The translations under genes were made by a program, and so were the position numbers. Below the pieces are notes generated by a model. The model made no database searches. It was given only the letters and a program-made list of their open reading frames with translations, and was not told the origin of the DNA. Positions 1-9,011 of a DNA stretch of 64,000 nucleotides are shown here, piece after piece. Location: positions 2,916 through 66,915 of the forward strand of contig SSFV01000009.1 in the NCBI GenBank assembly GCA_008015565.1. The letters are read 5' to 3'. Source of the stretch: Nitrosomonas sp. (GTDB lineage Bacteria > Pseudomonadota > Gammaproteobacteria > Burkholderiales > Nitrosomonadaceae). Each line of letters opens with the position of its first letter. Positions within the stretch are counted from its first letter, which is position 1.

Positions 1-2
1 AA

Positions 3-476
3 GAATCTGGCGCAGCTTATGTGGTTTTTGGTAAGGCATCCGGATTCGATGCGACCGTCAAGCTATCTGACTTAGAGGGTAATAATGGTTTTCGTCTGGA
101 AGGCGTGGCCGCTGGCAATAAGACTGGCAGATCGGTCAGCACTGCTGGGGATTTTAACGGTGATGGTTTTAGTGATCTGATTGTTGGGGCTTTTGGCGCC
201 GATTCGAATGGTGAAGATTCGGGAGCCAGTTATTTAATTTTCGGTAAATCTTCAGGATTCGGCGCATCAATAAACTTGGGCAATTTAAGTAGTGGTGAGG
301 GTTTTGTGTTAGATGGATTGGCAGCGGGTGATTCGTTTGGTAAATCTGTCAGTAGCGCAGGCGATATCAATAACGATGGTTTTGATGATCTGATCATTGG
401 CGCGCCATTTGGAGATGGTGTTATCCCAAATACCGGTGTCGGCTATGTCATATTTGGCGGCATTTTTGGTGGATAA
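3..476 (+). CDS. FG-GAP/integrin-alpha-like repeat protein, C-terminal part (5' truncated by window edge)
   Basis: Frame is open from base 3 (ESGAAYVVFGK). It has repeated AGDFNGDGFSDLIVGA / AGDINNDGFDDLIIGAP FG-GAP motifs. Confidence 0.88.
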   Translation, partial: ESGAAYVVFGKASGFDATVKLSDLEGNNGFRLEGVAAGNKTGRSVSTAGDFNGDGFSDLIVGAFGADSNGEDSGASYLIFGKSSGFGASINLGNLSSGEGFVLDGLAAGDSFGKSVSSAGDINNDGFDDLIIGAPFGDGVIPNTGVGYVIFGGIFGG

Positions 477-729
477 AACAATATTCCGGACTGCCACGCA
501 CAAGAGAGCATTATTTAGCAAGTTTTTTCTTCTTTAACCATACCAGGCGATTCGTTGGACCGCCTGTTTTTCAGAGCATAGATTTGGTTTGCATAATTTA
601 TCAGGTGCGCTAACAGCAAACTCTCGTTTAAGAACTTTAGGTGCAAGCGGTAATTGTTGATTAGAAACACTGTTACCTTGAATTTATGTCTTTGCTTATG
701 GCACAAAAATGAAAACCGCTCTCTAAAAC

Positions 730-766
730 ATATCCCGTACACGATTACATCCGTGTAGCGGGATAT
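730..766 (-). terminator. Hairpin downstream of the persulfide dioxygenase gene, probable terminator
   Basis: ATATCCCG-TACACG / CGTGTA-G-CGGGATAT inverted repeat with an 8-nt loop, about 60 bp past the stop at 826. Confidence 0.5.
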
Positions 767-825
767 TAACGTATCACGTAACGTAAGTTACCTGTGAGTT
801 TCCCGGCGTTATTTTCAAAGCTTTT

Positions 826-1686
826 TTAGATTGCATTAACCGGTATTTTAAAGTAAGTAACGCCGTTGTCTTCCGCCGGAGGCATTTGCCCCGCGCGCAC
901 ATTGACCTGTACTGAGGGCAGCAGCAGTACCGGCATTTCCAAAGTCGCATCGCGTTTGGTGCGCATGGCCACAAATTCATCTTCGCTCACGCCATCATGA
1001 ACATGGATATTGCTGGCACGTTCTTCCGCCACTGTGCTTTGCCACTGAGCAGGGCGATCGTTAGGGGGGTAATCGTGGCACATGAACAATCTAGTTTCCG
1101 CAGGAAAATCCAGCAGTTTGCGGATAGAACGGTACAATTGACGGGCATCGCCACCTGGGAAATCGGCGCGTGCAGTTCCGACATCGGGCATAAATAGCGT
1201 ATCGCCTATAAAAATTGCATCGTCGAATTGATAGGCCATATCGGCTGGCGTATGTCCATGAACTGGAATTGCCTTGGCGCTTAGTTTTCCTACCTGGAAT
1301 TCTTCACCGTCGGATAGTAGATGGTCAAATTGCGTGCCATCCGGTGAAAATTCGGATTCCATATTGAACAATTTTTTGAAAACTTTTTGAACTGCCGGGA
1401 TATGATCGCCAATGGCGGTTTTTCCACCCAATTTTTGCTTGAGGTAGTGTGCGGAAGAGAGATGGTCGGCATGGGCATGCGTTTCGAGAATCCAGCTAAC
1501 GGTTAATCGTTGTTCATTAACAAATGCAATTAATTTGTCCGCAGAATCGGTTTTCGTTCTGCCTGCTTTGGGATCGTAATCAAGCACAGGATCGATTATT
1601 GCGCAACTTCCTCCCGGTTCATCAAATACAATATAACTGACTGTCCAAGTTGCTGGGTCAAAAAATGCCTGAATATTCGGTTGCAT
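826..1686 (-). CDS. Persulfide dioxygenase (ETHE1/PDO-type MBL-fold metallo-hydrolase)
   Basis: ILETHAHADH metal motif, GHTPAD, GDTLFMPDVGTARADFPGG, MCHDY. Lies next to SQR, TauE and YeeE genes. Confidence 0.9.
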   Translation of the reverse strand: MQPNIQAFFDPATWTVSYIVFDEPGGSCAIIDPVLDYDPKAGRTKTDSADKLIAFVNEQRLTVSWILETHAHADHLSSAHYLKQKLGGKTAIGDHIPAVQKVFKKLFNMESEFSPDGTQFDHLLSDGEEFQVGKLSAKAIPVHGHTPADMAYQFDDAIFIGDTLFMPDVGTARADFPGGDARQLYRSIRKLLDFPAETRLFMCHDYPPNDRPAQWQSTVAEERASNIHVHDGVSEDEFVAMRTKRDATLEMPVLLLPSVQVNVRAGQMPPAEDNGVTYFKIPVNAI

Positions 1687-1730
1687 GGTTATCTCCTTTA
1701 TTGTAGAAGTTATTAAAAATATTCATTGAC

Positions 1731-1770
1731 TATAATATATAATAACATGTAATATAATTTTGTCTATAAC
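1731..1770. promoter_or_regulatory. AT-rich divergent promoter with four TATAA(T/C) repeats; candidate BigR operator
   Basis: TATAAT at 1731, 1738 and 1753 and TATAAC at 1765, in the 100-bp gap between pdo and the yeeE-bigR-sqr operon. The operator role is inferred. Confidence 0.4.
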
Positions 1771-1787
1771 TGACAGGAATAAAAACT

Positions 1788-2219
1788 ATGAACATTGACT
1801 GGATGCACTTTACACCTGAGTCTGCATTGGCTGGCGGCATGGTAATTGGCATTGCGACTGCAATGCTGTTGTTGCTTGGCGGGCGGATAGCTGGCATTTC
1901 CGGCATCGTCGGCGGCTTGTTCAAATGGCACAGTGGCGATAGGGGGTGGCGTATTGCGTTTGTTACAGGACTTATCATGGCGCCTATGATATGGCAATTG
2001 TTCAATGCGTTGCCGGTTATCCATATCGAAGCCGGCTATGGCACGCTGGCAGTAGCAGGGTTGATTGTGGGTATCGGCACGCGTTATGGCTCAGGTTGTA
2101 CCAGTGGCCATGGTGTCTGCGGGCTGTCGCGCATGTCGCCACGTTCAATTGTGGCTACCGCGATTTTTTTTACGGCCGGTATTGCCACGGTTTATGTCAT
2201 CAGACATTTATTAAGCTAA
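1788..2219 (+). CDS. YeeE/YedE family sulfur-transport membrane protein (PmpA-like)
   Basis: GRIAGISGI, and [24 protein letters not shown] motif; four hydrophobic segments. Confidence 0.9.
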   Translation: MNIDWMHFTPESALAGGMVIGIATAMLLLLGGRIAGISGIVGGLFKWHSGDRGWRIAFVTGLIMAPMIWQLFNALPVIHIEAGYGTLAVAGLIVGIGTRYGSGCTSGHGVCGLSRMSPRSIVATAIFFTAGIATVYVIRHLLS

Positions 2220-2241
2220 TTACTTTACGCCGGGAGGATGC

Positions 2242-2685
2242 ATGATGATTAGTATTTTAATTGCCCTGATATCCGGCCTTGTTTTCGGTATCGGCTTGAT
2301 TTTATCGGAAATGGCCAATCCAGAAAAAGTCTTGTCTTTTCTCGATATGACCGGTTCATGGGATCCATCATTGGCATTTGTAATGCTAGGAGCAATCAGT
2401 ATCGGCGCGATCGCCTTTACACTGGCACGACGCCGGGGTCAAACCTATCTCGGTTCAACGATCAATTTACCCACATCGCGCGTTATTGATAAACGTTTGA
2501 TTCTGGGCAGCCTGGCATTTGGTATAGGCTGGGGCATAGCGGGTATTTGTCCGGGTCCCGGCCTGGTTCTGGTAGGAACTGGCAATCTCCACGGGGTAGT
2601 ATTCGTCCTGGCGATGCTGGCTGGAATGGGTATTTTTGAAATGTTGGAACGATACCGTGCACGTCAATCCAAAACGGATAAATGA
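2242..2685 (+). CDS. YeeE/YedE family membrane protein (PmpB-like)
   Basis: MANPEKVLSFLD..GSWDPSLAFVM and FGIGWGIAGICPGPG motifs. Confidence 0.9.
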   Translation: MMISILIALISGLVFGIGLILSEMANPEKVLSFLDMTGSWDPSLAFVMLGAISIGAIAFTLARRRGQTYLGSTINLPTSRVIDKRLILGSLAFGIGWGIAGICPGPGLVLVGTGNLHGVVFVLAMLAGMGIFEMLERYRARQSKTDK

Positions 2686-2744
2686 GCGGAAGGCGGTTTT
2701 GAACAAAATCGTGTGCAGGTTTTTTGGGAGATCAAGCGAGCATT

Positions 2745-3116
2745 ATGCTAAGTAATCGGTTAGGTACGGCAGAAGCGGTAAATGATGCGGATTGCAGTAT
2801 GGCTATGCCACACAAAAAATCTGTGGCTTCGGCGTGTATGCTGCTGAAAGCCCTATCCAATGAGAGCCGCTTATTGATTCTGTGTCAGCTTGTACAGGGT
2901 GAGAAAAATGTCTATGAGCTCGAGCAATCGCTTGGCATCCGGCAGGCTGCGCTCTCACAACAACTGACTGTTTTGCGAAAAGAAAAACTGGTGCAAAGTG
3001 AACGCAAGGGCAAACATATTTATTACAGCGTAGTTGATCCTACAGTATTACAAATCATGCAAACGCTATACTGCATTTATTGTGTAGAAAAAAAGCACGA
3101 ACTTTCACCGGAATGA
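2745..3116 (+). CDS. bigR: ArsR/SmtB-family persulfide-sensing repressor (BigR/SqrR-like)
   Basis: LKALSNESRLLILCQL...LSQQLTVLR..KLVQSERKGKHIYY winged HTH, with Cys in helix 2 (LILCQL) and at the C-terminus (LYCIYC) as in BigR. Start uncertain (2724/2745/2799). Confidence 0.8.
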   Translation: MLSNRLGTAEAVNDADCSMAMPHKKSVASACMLLKALSNESRLLILCQLVQGEKNVYELEQSLGIRQAALSQQLTVLRKEKLVQSERKGKHIYYSVVDPTVLQIMQTLYCIYCVEKKHELSPE

Positions 3117-3216
3117 GAAAGTTAAAGATGCAGTGCGCTTGTCATAAATCCCAGCAAACATTACTTTGTGCTGGTGCGAATTAAACCCTATTCCATTCTT
3201 ACAGGAGGAAAGCGCA

Positions 3217-4905
3217 ATGAGCATTGTTACGACTAAACTGGATGAGAAGTTATTTGTTACCGGTCAAATCCGTATCGATGATTTGGCGGAAATCGCCGCG
3301 GCAGGTTATAAAGCCATTATATGTAACCGTCCCGATTATGAAGAAGGTGCAACGCAACCCGCCAGCAACGAACTGGAACAAGCTGCGAATGCATTGGGAA
3401 TTAAATTTGTTTATTTGCCGGTAGTCATCGGTTCGCTTTCTGTAGAAAAAAGCCAAACATTTAACAAATTGCTGGCTGAGCTGCCCGGGCCCGTTCTCGC
3501 TTTTTGTAATACCGGTAATCGTTCCCGGAAGCTGTACGAGCTTGTCAGGCAAAACCAAGTGCCCGATGCCGGAGATGAAACGGTCACGGCCGCTTGCAGC
3601 TGGACTGGCGATGCGCTTGAGACCATTCATGTTCCCCATGCAGCCAGGGATCAGTCGATGCCGACGGTAGCTGCGTGCAACTGGGGCAATGCATTCGATG
3701 TTGTCGTAATCGGCGGCGGTGCAGCGGGAATCGGTGTTGCCGCCAGCCTTTTGCATCGCCGGTCTGCACTTCGCATTGCTATTATCGAACCCAGCGATAA
3801 GCATTATTATCAGCCGGCATGGACGCTGGTAGGCGGAGGTGCTTATGATATCGCGCAAACGGTGCGCAACATGGCGGATGTGATTCCTCCCAAAGCAGAA
3901 TGGATACAAGCGGCAGCGGCTGGTTTTGACCCGGAGAACAATTTAGTTAACTTGATTGATGGCCGTTCAATCGGCTACAGACAATTAATCGTCTGTCCGG
4001 GCGTACGTTTAGCCTGGGAAAAAATAGAAGGCTTGCCGGAAACACTCGGCAAGAATGGTGTGACATCAAACTATCATTTCGAGTTGGCACCGTATACCTG
4101 GTCGCTGACGAAAAATCTCAAAAGCGGTAAGGCGCTGTTTACGCAGCCGCCGATGCCGATTAAATGCGCCGGTGCGCCTCAAAAAGCACTGTATCTTTCA
4201 TCCGATTACTGGTTGCGCCACCATATGCTGGATAAAATCGATGTCGAATTCAATACCGCTGGGGCAGTTTTATTTGGCGTAGCTGATTTTGTGCCATCGT
4301 TAATGGAGTATGTGAAACGTTATCGTGCCAAGCTGGTTTTTAATTCGACCCTGGTGAAAGTCGATGGTGCCGGTAAAATCGCTTTTTTCGATATCAAGGA
4401 TAGCGATGGAAATATAACGCGGGTTGAAAAAACATTTGATATGCTGCATGTGGTTCCACCTCAGGTAGCGCCGGATTTTATTCGTCAAAGCCCGCTGGCC
4501 GATGCGGCGGGTTTTTGTGAAGTCAATCCAAAAACCTTACAACATCCGCGTTATGCCAATATTTTTTCGTTAGGTGATGCATGCTCCTCACCGAATGCTA
4601 AAACGGCTGCGGCTGCCAGAAAACAAATCGTCATCGTGGCGGAAAATTTACTTGCGGCCAAAGAAGGGCGGGAATGCTCTCATATTTATGATGGATATGG
4701 CGCTTGCCCGCTTACGGTGGAACATGGCAAAGTGATTCTGGCCGAGTTTGGTTTTGGCGGTAAGCTGCTACCTACTTTTCCGCTTGATCCGGTAGTACCC
4801 AGGCGCTTTTCTTGGCTGCTCAAAGCCAAGTTATTTCCCTGGCTATACTGGAATGGTATGTTGAAAGGCCGCGAATGGCTGACTGGTTCAACGGGTGTGA
4901 GTTAA
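3217..4905 (+). CDS. sqr: DUF442 (TIGR01244) sulfurtransferase fused to type II sulfide:quinone oxidoreductase
   Basis: N-terminal IICNRPDYE and LAFCNTGNRS; FAD motif VVIGGGAAG; YYQPAWTLVGGG; catalytic IKCAGAPQK and YDGYGACPL. RBS CAGGAGG precedes ATG 3217. Confidence 0.9.
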   Translation: MSIVTTKLDEKLFVTGQIRIDDLAEIAAAGYKAIICNRPDYEEGATQPASNELEQAANALGIKFVYLPVVIGSLSVEKSQTFNKLLAELPGPVLAFCNTGNRSRKLYELVRQNQVPDAGDETVTAACSWTGDALETIHVPHAARDQSMPTVAACNWGNAFDVVVIGGGAAGIGVAASLLHRRSALRIAIIEPSDKHYYQPAWTLVGGGAYDIAQTVRNMADVIPPKAEWIQAAAAGFDPENNLVNLIDGRSIGYRQLIVCPGVRLAWEKIEGLPETLGKNGVTSNYHFELAPYTWSLTKNLKSGKALFTQPPMPIKCAGAPQKALYLSSDYWLRHHMLDKIDVEFNTAGAVLFGVADFVPSLMEYVKRYRAKLVFNSTLVKVDGAGKIAFFDIKDSDGNITRVEKTFDMLHVVPPQVAPDFIRQSPLADAAGFCEVNPKTLQHPRYANIFSLGDACSSPNAKTAAAARKQIVIVAENLLAAKEGRECSHIYDGYGACPLTVEHGKVILAEFGFGGKLLPTFPLDPVVPRRFSWLLKAKLFPWLYWNGMLKGREWLTGSTGVS

Positions 4906-4910
4906 ATGGC

Positions 4911-5732
4911 ATGGATCCTATTCTAATCAGTATTTTTATAGGTGCATTGACTGGGATTGTGCTCGCGCTGACTGGAGCCGGTGGCACCATCGTTGCGGTG
5001 CCGTTACTCATGTTCAGCTTGCATCTGACAGTTGCCGAGGCCGCCCCCATCGGATTGTTCGCAGTGGGGCTATCCGCTGCTATTGGCGCAATACTGGGCT
5101 TAAGGCATAAAATTGTCCGGTACCGTGCCGCCAGCCTAATTGCTTTTGCAGGCGCATTGACTGCTCCGGCAGGAGTATGGCTTGCGCAGCGCTTGCCGAA
5201 TGCACCATTGAGTTTATTATTTGCTGCTGTGCTGATTTATGTAGCTGTTCGCATGTTTCGTCAAAGCCGGCAAGATCCTACTGATATTGTGCGTAGTACA
5301 GAAGAACCGCCTTGCCGTCTGGATGACATGGGAGGGCGCTTGATTTGGAATATTCCTTGCTTTAGAGCATTGGCCCTGTCCGGGACGGCGGCTGGCTTTT
5401 TGTCCGGCCTTCTGGGGGTGGGCGGCGGATTTGTCATTGTGCCGACACTCAGAAAGGTCACTGATTTGAGTGTGCCATCAATACTGGCTACATCGCTTGC
5501 CATTATTGCGCTGATTTCCCTGACGGGTGTTATATCAGCGATATTTATTGGCGCATTGAATTGGTCGATCGCAATACCTTTTTGTGGCGCCACGGCGGCC
5601 GGAATGCTTTTAGGCAGACTATTCGCAGGTCGTGTAGCTGGACATAGGTTGCAGCAAAGTTTTGCTATGCTGGCAATTTGTATTGCTATTGGTATGATTA
5701 TTAAAGTAATTTGGAATGTTTTCTTGCGCTAG
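4911..5732 (+). CDS. tauE: Sulfite exporter TauE/SafE family
   Basis: Twice-repeated GxxxGLxGxGGG motif (LALTGAGGTIVAVP; SGLLGVGGGFVIVP) and about 8 TM segments. ATG 4911 follows the sqr stop. Confidence 0.88.
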   Translation: MDPILISIFIGALTGIVLALTGAGGTIVAVPLLMFSLHLTVAEAAPIGLFAVGLSAAIGAILGLRHKIVRYRAASLIAFAGALTAPAGVWLAQRLPNAPLSLLFAAVLIYVAVRMFRQSRQDPTDIVRSTEEPPCRLDDMGGRLIWNIPCFRALALSGTAAGFLSGLLGVGGGFVIVPTLRKVTDLSVPSILATSLAIIALISLTGVISAIFIGALNWSIAIPFCGATAAGMLLGRLFAGRVAGHRLQQSFAMLAICIAIGMIIKVIWNVFLR

Positions 5733-5865
5733 AATATGCTCCAGGCCTTCGGAGATTTTGCTAGAAAACTTTTTCCCGGAGTTCTGCCAAAGTAGCATCT
5801 TGTATAACAGAAGTCAGGACATGCCGTGCAGCAAGTAGTTTGGATGCAGGCTAAACCTTAGCGGC

Positions 5866-8800
5866 TTAGATCACCATAATATCGGCATTAGTCATCGCTA
5901 ATCCTGAACCGGTCACGGCAAATTGTTTGGCTACTCCCGCTCCACTGCCATCTGCATCGTAAAACAATGCTCCAGCCGTTCTGTTGTAAATAATGAAATC
6001 ATTTGCATCGAGGGCCCTGTCTCCAATGATAAACTGACCCGGAGGTAACAGGCCATTTGTTATCAGCGAGGTGAAAACAGCATTTTCTAGCTGAATGGTG
6101 TCATTTACTACAATAAAATCAGAGATCGTATCGACATGCCCGGTTGTGGTGAATCTAAAAATATCATTGCCCGGTCCGCCGGTTAAAGTGTTGCTACCTG
6201 TGAGACCGTCAAGAATGTCATTACCGTTGCCCCCTTTCAATTGATTATTAGCGGGATTGCCGACTATGGAATTGGGAAGATTATTGCCGGTGCCGTTGAT
6301 AGGTGAAGTACCTGTTAATGTGAGATTTTCGATATTTGCTGCCAGCGAGTGGGTCACACTGCTGTTAACCCGGTCTATTCCCTCGTTGAGCAATTCAGTA
6401 ATGACGTTACCCGGATTATTGATAACAAAAATGTCGTTACCCAAACCACCGATAAGGGTATTCGTTCCGGCATTGCCATTGATCCAATCGTTACCGGCAT
6501 TACCATTCAGGGTATTATTCGCTGAATTTCCGATAAGCGTGTTGGCTAAACCGTTACCGGTGCCATTAATGGTTGACGTGCCGGTTAACTGAAGGTTCTC
6601 AACATTGGCGGCTAATGCGTAAGTGATCGTGCTGCTTACGTTGTCGGTGCCGCTATTGAGATTTTCAATGATAAGATCATTCGTATTATCAATAACATAA
6701 CTGTCATTGCCAAGCCCGCCAATTAATGTGTCTACACCGCTATTACCAATGAGCCTGTCATTGCCGGCATTTCCTCGCAGAATATTATTCTGGCTATTAC
6801 CCTTCAGAATGTCATCAAAGTTACTGCCCGTCAGATTTTCGATATTGATCAGTTGATCAAAACCTGCACCGATAGTGTTTTGTTGGCCGGTAATGGCAAG
6901 AGAAACTGAAACTGCAGCCGTTGAGTAGAGATAGGTTGCGGTGTCGTTGGTTGCCGCACCAGTTAGTATATCGTTGCCAGCTGTACTGGCGAGCAATCTC
7001 CCGGCAGATTCAACAACGCGGAAAAGCTGATCGGCGGGAATATTTTTTATGATTTGTACTATGCCGCTTGGCCAATGAATGGCTAATTCCTGCACGAGGG
7101 TATTGCTGGCAAGTCCGAAATGGATGCGCGAGTGGTTTTGTACCTGATTATGTGCGCCGCCGGCTTGCTCACGTAATTGCGTAGTTCCGCCAGCCGTTAG
7201 AAAAATTTGCGCACCGATCCCGTCGCGATTTGAAGTTATGCCCTGCAGGTCGATTTCAAACCAATGATTAGTATTACCCTCATTGTGAAAAAGTTCATAG
7301 GGCGCAAACGTATTGATCGGTGAAATTTGTCCTCTACCGTTTGCTACTAAAAGATCAAGAGAACCGTCAAGATTATAATCTGCCGTAGTTACAAAATCCC
7401 CTTCGCCAATTGTAGTTCCTGCGGCACCTCCTGCATCCGGAACGGCAACAAAGGTTCCATTGCCTTGATTCTCATAGAGTATATCGGGTGTATTGATGAC
7501 CGTACGCGAGGTGACAATAAAAATATCCTGATCCATGTCATTGTCGAAGTCACCGGCTACCACATTGTTACCATGAATTGGAATATGATTGATTCCCGCT
7601 TGTTGACTTTGATTAACGAATCCTGAGCCTGTATTCATCCATAGTTGATCATTAACTGCAGGAGGATCGGGTTGAAAGCCAATAGCGGTCAACTTGGATA
7701 TTGCATTGGCTGTTTCAATGAAAGTTAGAATTCTGTTTTCATCCAGGATGTTATTGTCAATGTCAATATGATCGGAGCTTGACAGCTTGAATTGCCAGCG
7801 TTGTAAGCTAGGATCATAGCCGACAAAAATTCCACGATCTACACCGGGTGTATGCGGAAAAATTCCATTAACCGAAGGATCTTGCGGTGATAAGGTAAAT
7901 TTCCAGCTGGCCGGGTGAATGCCTGCCGCTCCAATGTATACCTGATCGAGCGGTATGGAGTATTTGCCATTGAAGGTATTAAAAATATCGAAAGTTATTT
8001 GTTTTGTCGTGTCAATCTCGATCCCTTTTTCTTCTCGCTTAACCGATAATCCTACGATCGCTTCATTCGTATCATTCTGATAGAAGTCATTGCCGGCTCT
8101 GATTGCACCTTGTGTCAGATACACATCAGGCCGCAAATCACCATTGAAATCGGCAGTGACGGCATCTTCGGCGGCTATCGCATTGGGTATTGTAGACGCG
8201 GTAATATCCCTGAAAGTGGGCAGGGAAGTGTCATAAACCGTGAAATCGTTGGGATTAGTCCTTGCGATGAGGTCTAACTTGCCATCACCTGATAAATCCG
8301 ATAATAGAAAATACCTGGCATCGGTTAGATTAAAGCCAATACTTGCGGGCGCAGCCTCGAAAGAGTGATCGGCTTGTTGCAGAAAAACTCTTGGGGGAGC
8401 TTCCAAATCATCTTTTCTGGGCTGGACGCCAACAATCAAGTCTAATAAACCATCATGATTGGCATCAGCCCAGAGAGGATTTAATCCCACTGCCAGCGGA
8501 TAATCGACTCCGCGCTCACTGGCTTGATCATCCAACATGCCGTTTTCGTTGATATAGAACTGGTTGGACCATTGCGGGCCAATAGCAAGCCCATATGGCG
8601 CACCTACCAATTGTATGAAATCCTGATCTCCGTCATTATCAAAATCAGCCCATGCCGGTCCATGGTGATCCGATCGCGGTAATTCCGTAAATATTGTGGC
8701 GGTTATATTGGTAAAACTTCCATTGCGTTGGTTCAAATACAAAATGCCATGAGGGTTGTTGTTGAAGAGCTCATGATTGTTCACCCAAAGATCAGGATAG

Positions 8801-8916
8801 CTATCGTTATTAACGTCACCCCACGCCCCCCCCCATGTTCTGCCTAGAAAATCGATGCCGGTCTGAGTTGATGGGATTGCTCTAAAAGATATATTGCTCA
8901 TAGTGTTAGGCCCCAA
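5866..8916 (-). CDS. CRTAC1/ASPIC-UnbV family FG-GAP protein with C-terminal RTX (hemolysin-type Ca-binding) repeats; likely T1SS-secreted
   Basis: WGDVNNDSYPDL, WADFDNDGDQD, AGDFDNDMDQD, DYNLDGSLDL repeats; ASPIC-like SNRDGIGAQI...IHFGL...WPSG; GGLGND/GNAGND nonapeptides; no N-terminal signal peptide. Confidence 0.85.
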   Translation of the reverse strand: MGPNTMSNISFRAIPSTQTGIDFLGRTWGGAWGDVNNDSYPDLWVNNHELFNNNPHGILYLNQRNGSFTNITATIFTELPRSDHHGPAWADFDNDGDQDFIQLVGAPYGLAIGPQWSNQFYINENGMLDDQASERGVDYPLAVGLNPLWADANHDGLLDLIVGVQPRKDDLEAPPRVFLQQADHSFEAAPASIGFNLTDARYFLLSDLSGDGKLDLIARTNPNDFTVYDTSLPTFRDITASTIPNAIAAEDAVTADFNGDLRPDVYLTQGAIRAGNDFYQNDTNEAIVGLSVKREEKGIEIDTTKQITFDIFNTFNGKYSIPLDQVYIGAAGIHPASWKFTLSPQDPSVNGIFPHTPGVDRGIFVGYDPSLQRWQFKLSSSDHIDIDNNILDENRILTFIETANAISKLTAIGFQPDPPAVNDQLWMNTGSGFVNQSQQAGINHIPIHGNNVVAGDFDNDMDQDIFIVTSRTVINTPDILYENQGNGTFVAVPDAGGAAGTTIGEGDFVTTADYNLDGSLDLLVANGRGQISPINTFAPYELFHNEGNTNHWFEIDLQGITSNRDGIGAQIFLTAGGTTQLREQAGGAHNQVQNHSRIHFGLASNTLVQELAIHWPSGIVQIIKNIPADQLFRVVESAGRLLASTAGNDILTGAATNDTATYLYSTAAVSVSLAITGQQNTIGAGFDQLINIENLTGSNFDDILKGNSQNNILRGNAGNDRLIGNSGVDTLIGGLGNDSYVIDNTNDLIIENLNSGTDNVSSTITYALAANVENLQLTGTSTINGTGNGLANTLIGNSANNTLNGNAGNDWINGNAGTNTLIGGLGNDIFVINNPGNVITELLNEGIDRVNSSVTHSLAANIENLTLTGTSPINGTGNNLPNSIVGNPANNQLKGGNGNDILDGLTGSNTLTGGPGNDIFRFTTTGHVDTISDFIVVNDTIQLENAVFTSLITNGLLPPGQFIIGDRALDANDFIIYNRTAGALFYDADGSGAGVAKQFAVTGSGLAMTNADIMVI
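8826..8834 (-). repeat. G9 homopolymer in the 5' part of the RTX/ASPIC gene
   Basis: C9 at 8826-8834 on the + strand, read TGG GGG GGG GCG (W-G-G-A) on the coding strand. Confidence 0.9.
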
Positions 8917-9011
8917 AGTAGCTTGTCAGTTTTTCATCTATTTGAATTACTAAGCTTATTGATTGTTTTTAGCAAGTTAAGTGCTAATAATTGCGAGTCA
9001 ATTATAACGCC

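Noticed and set aside
515-742. 75-aa ORF downstream of pdo
   Set aside because: No RBS or recognisable motif, and it starts inside the terminator hairpin region.
3250-3909. 219-aa antisense ORF in sqr, and the many other antisense or shifted ORFs in the track
   Set aside because: They lie entirely within well-supported genes on the other strand or frame and show no protein-like motifs; they are shadow ORFs.
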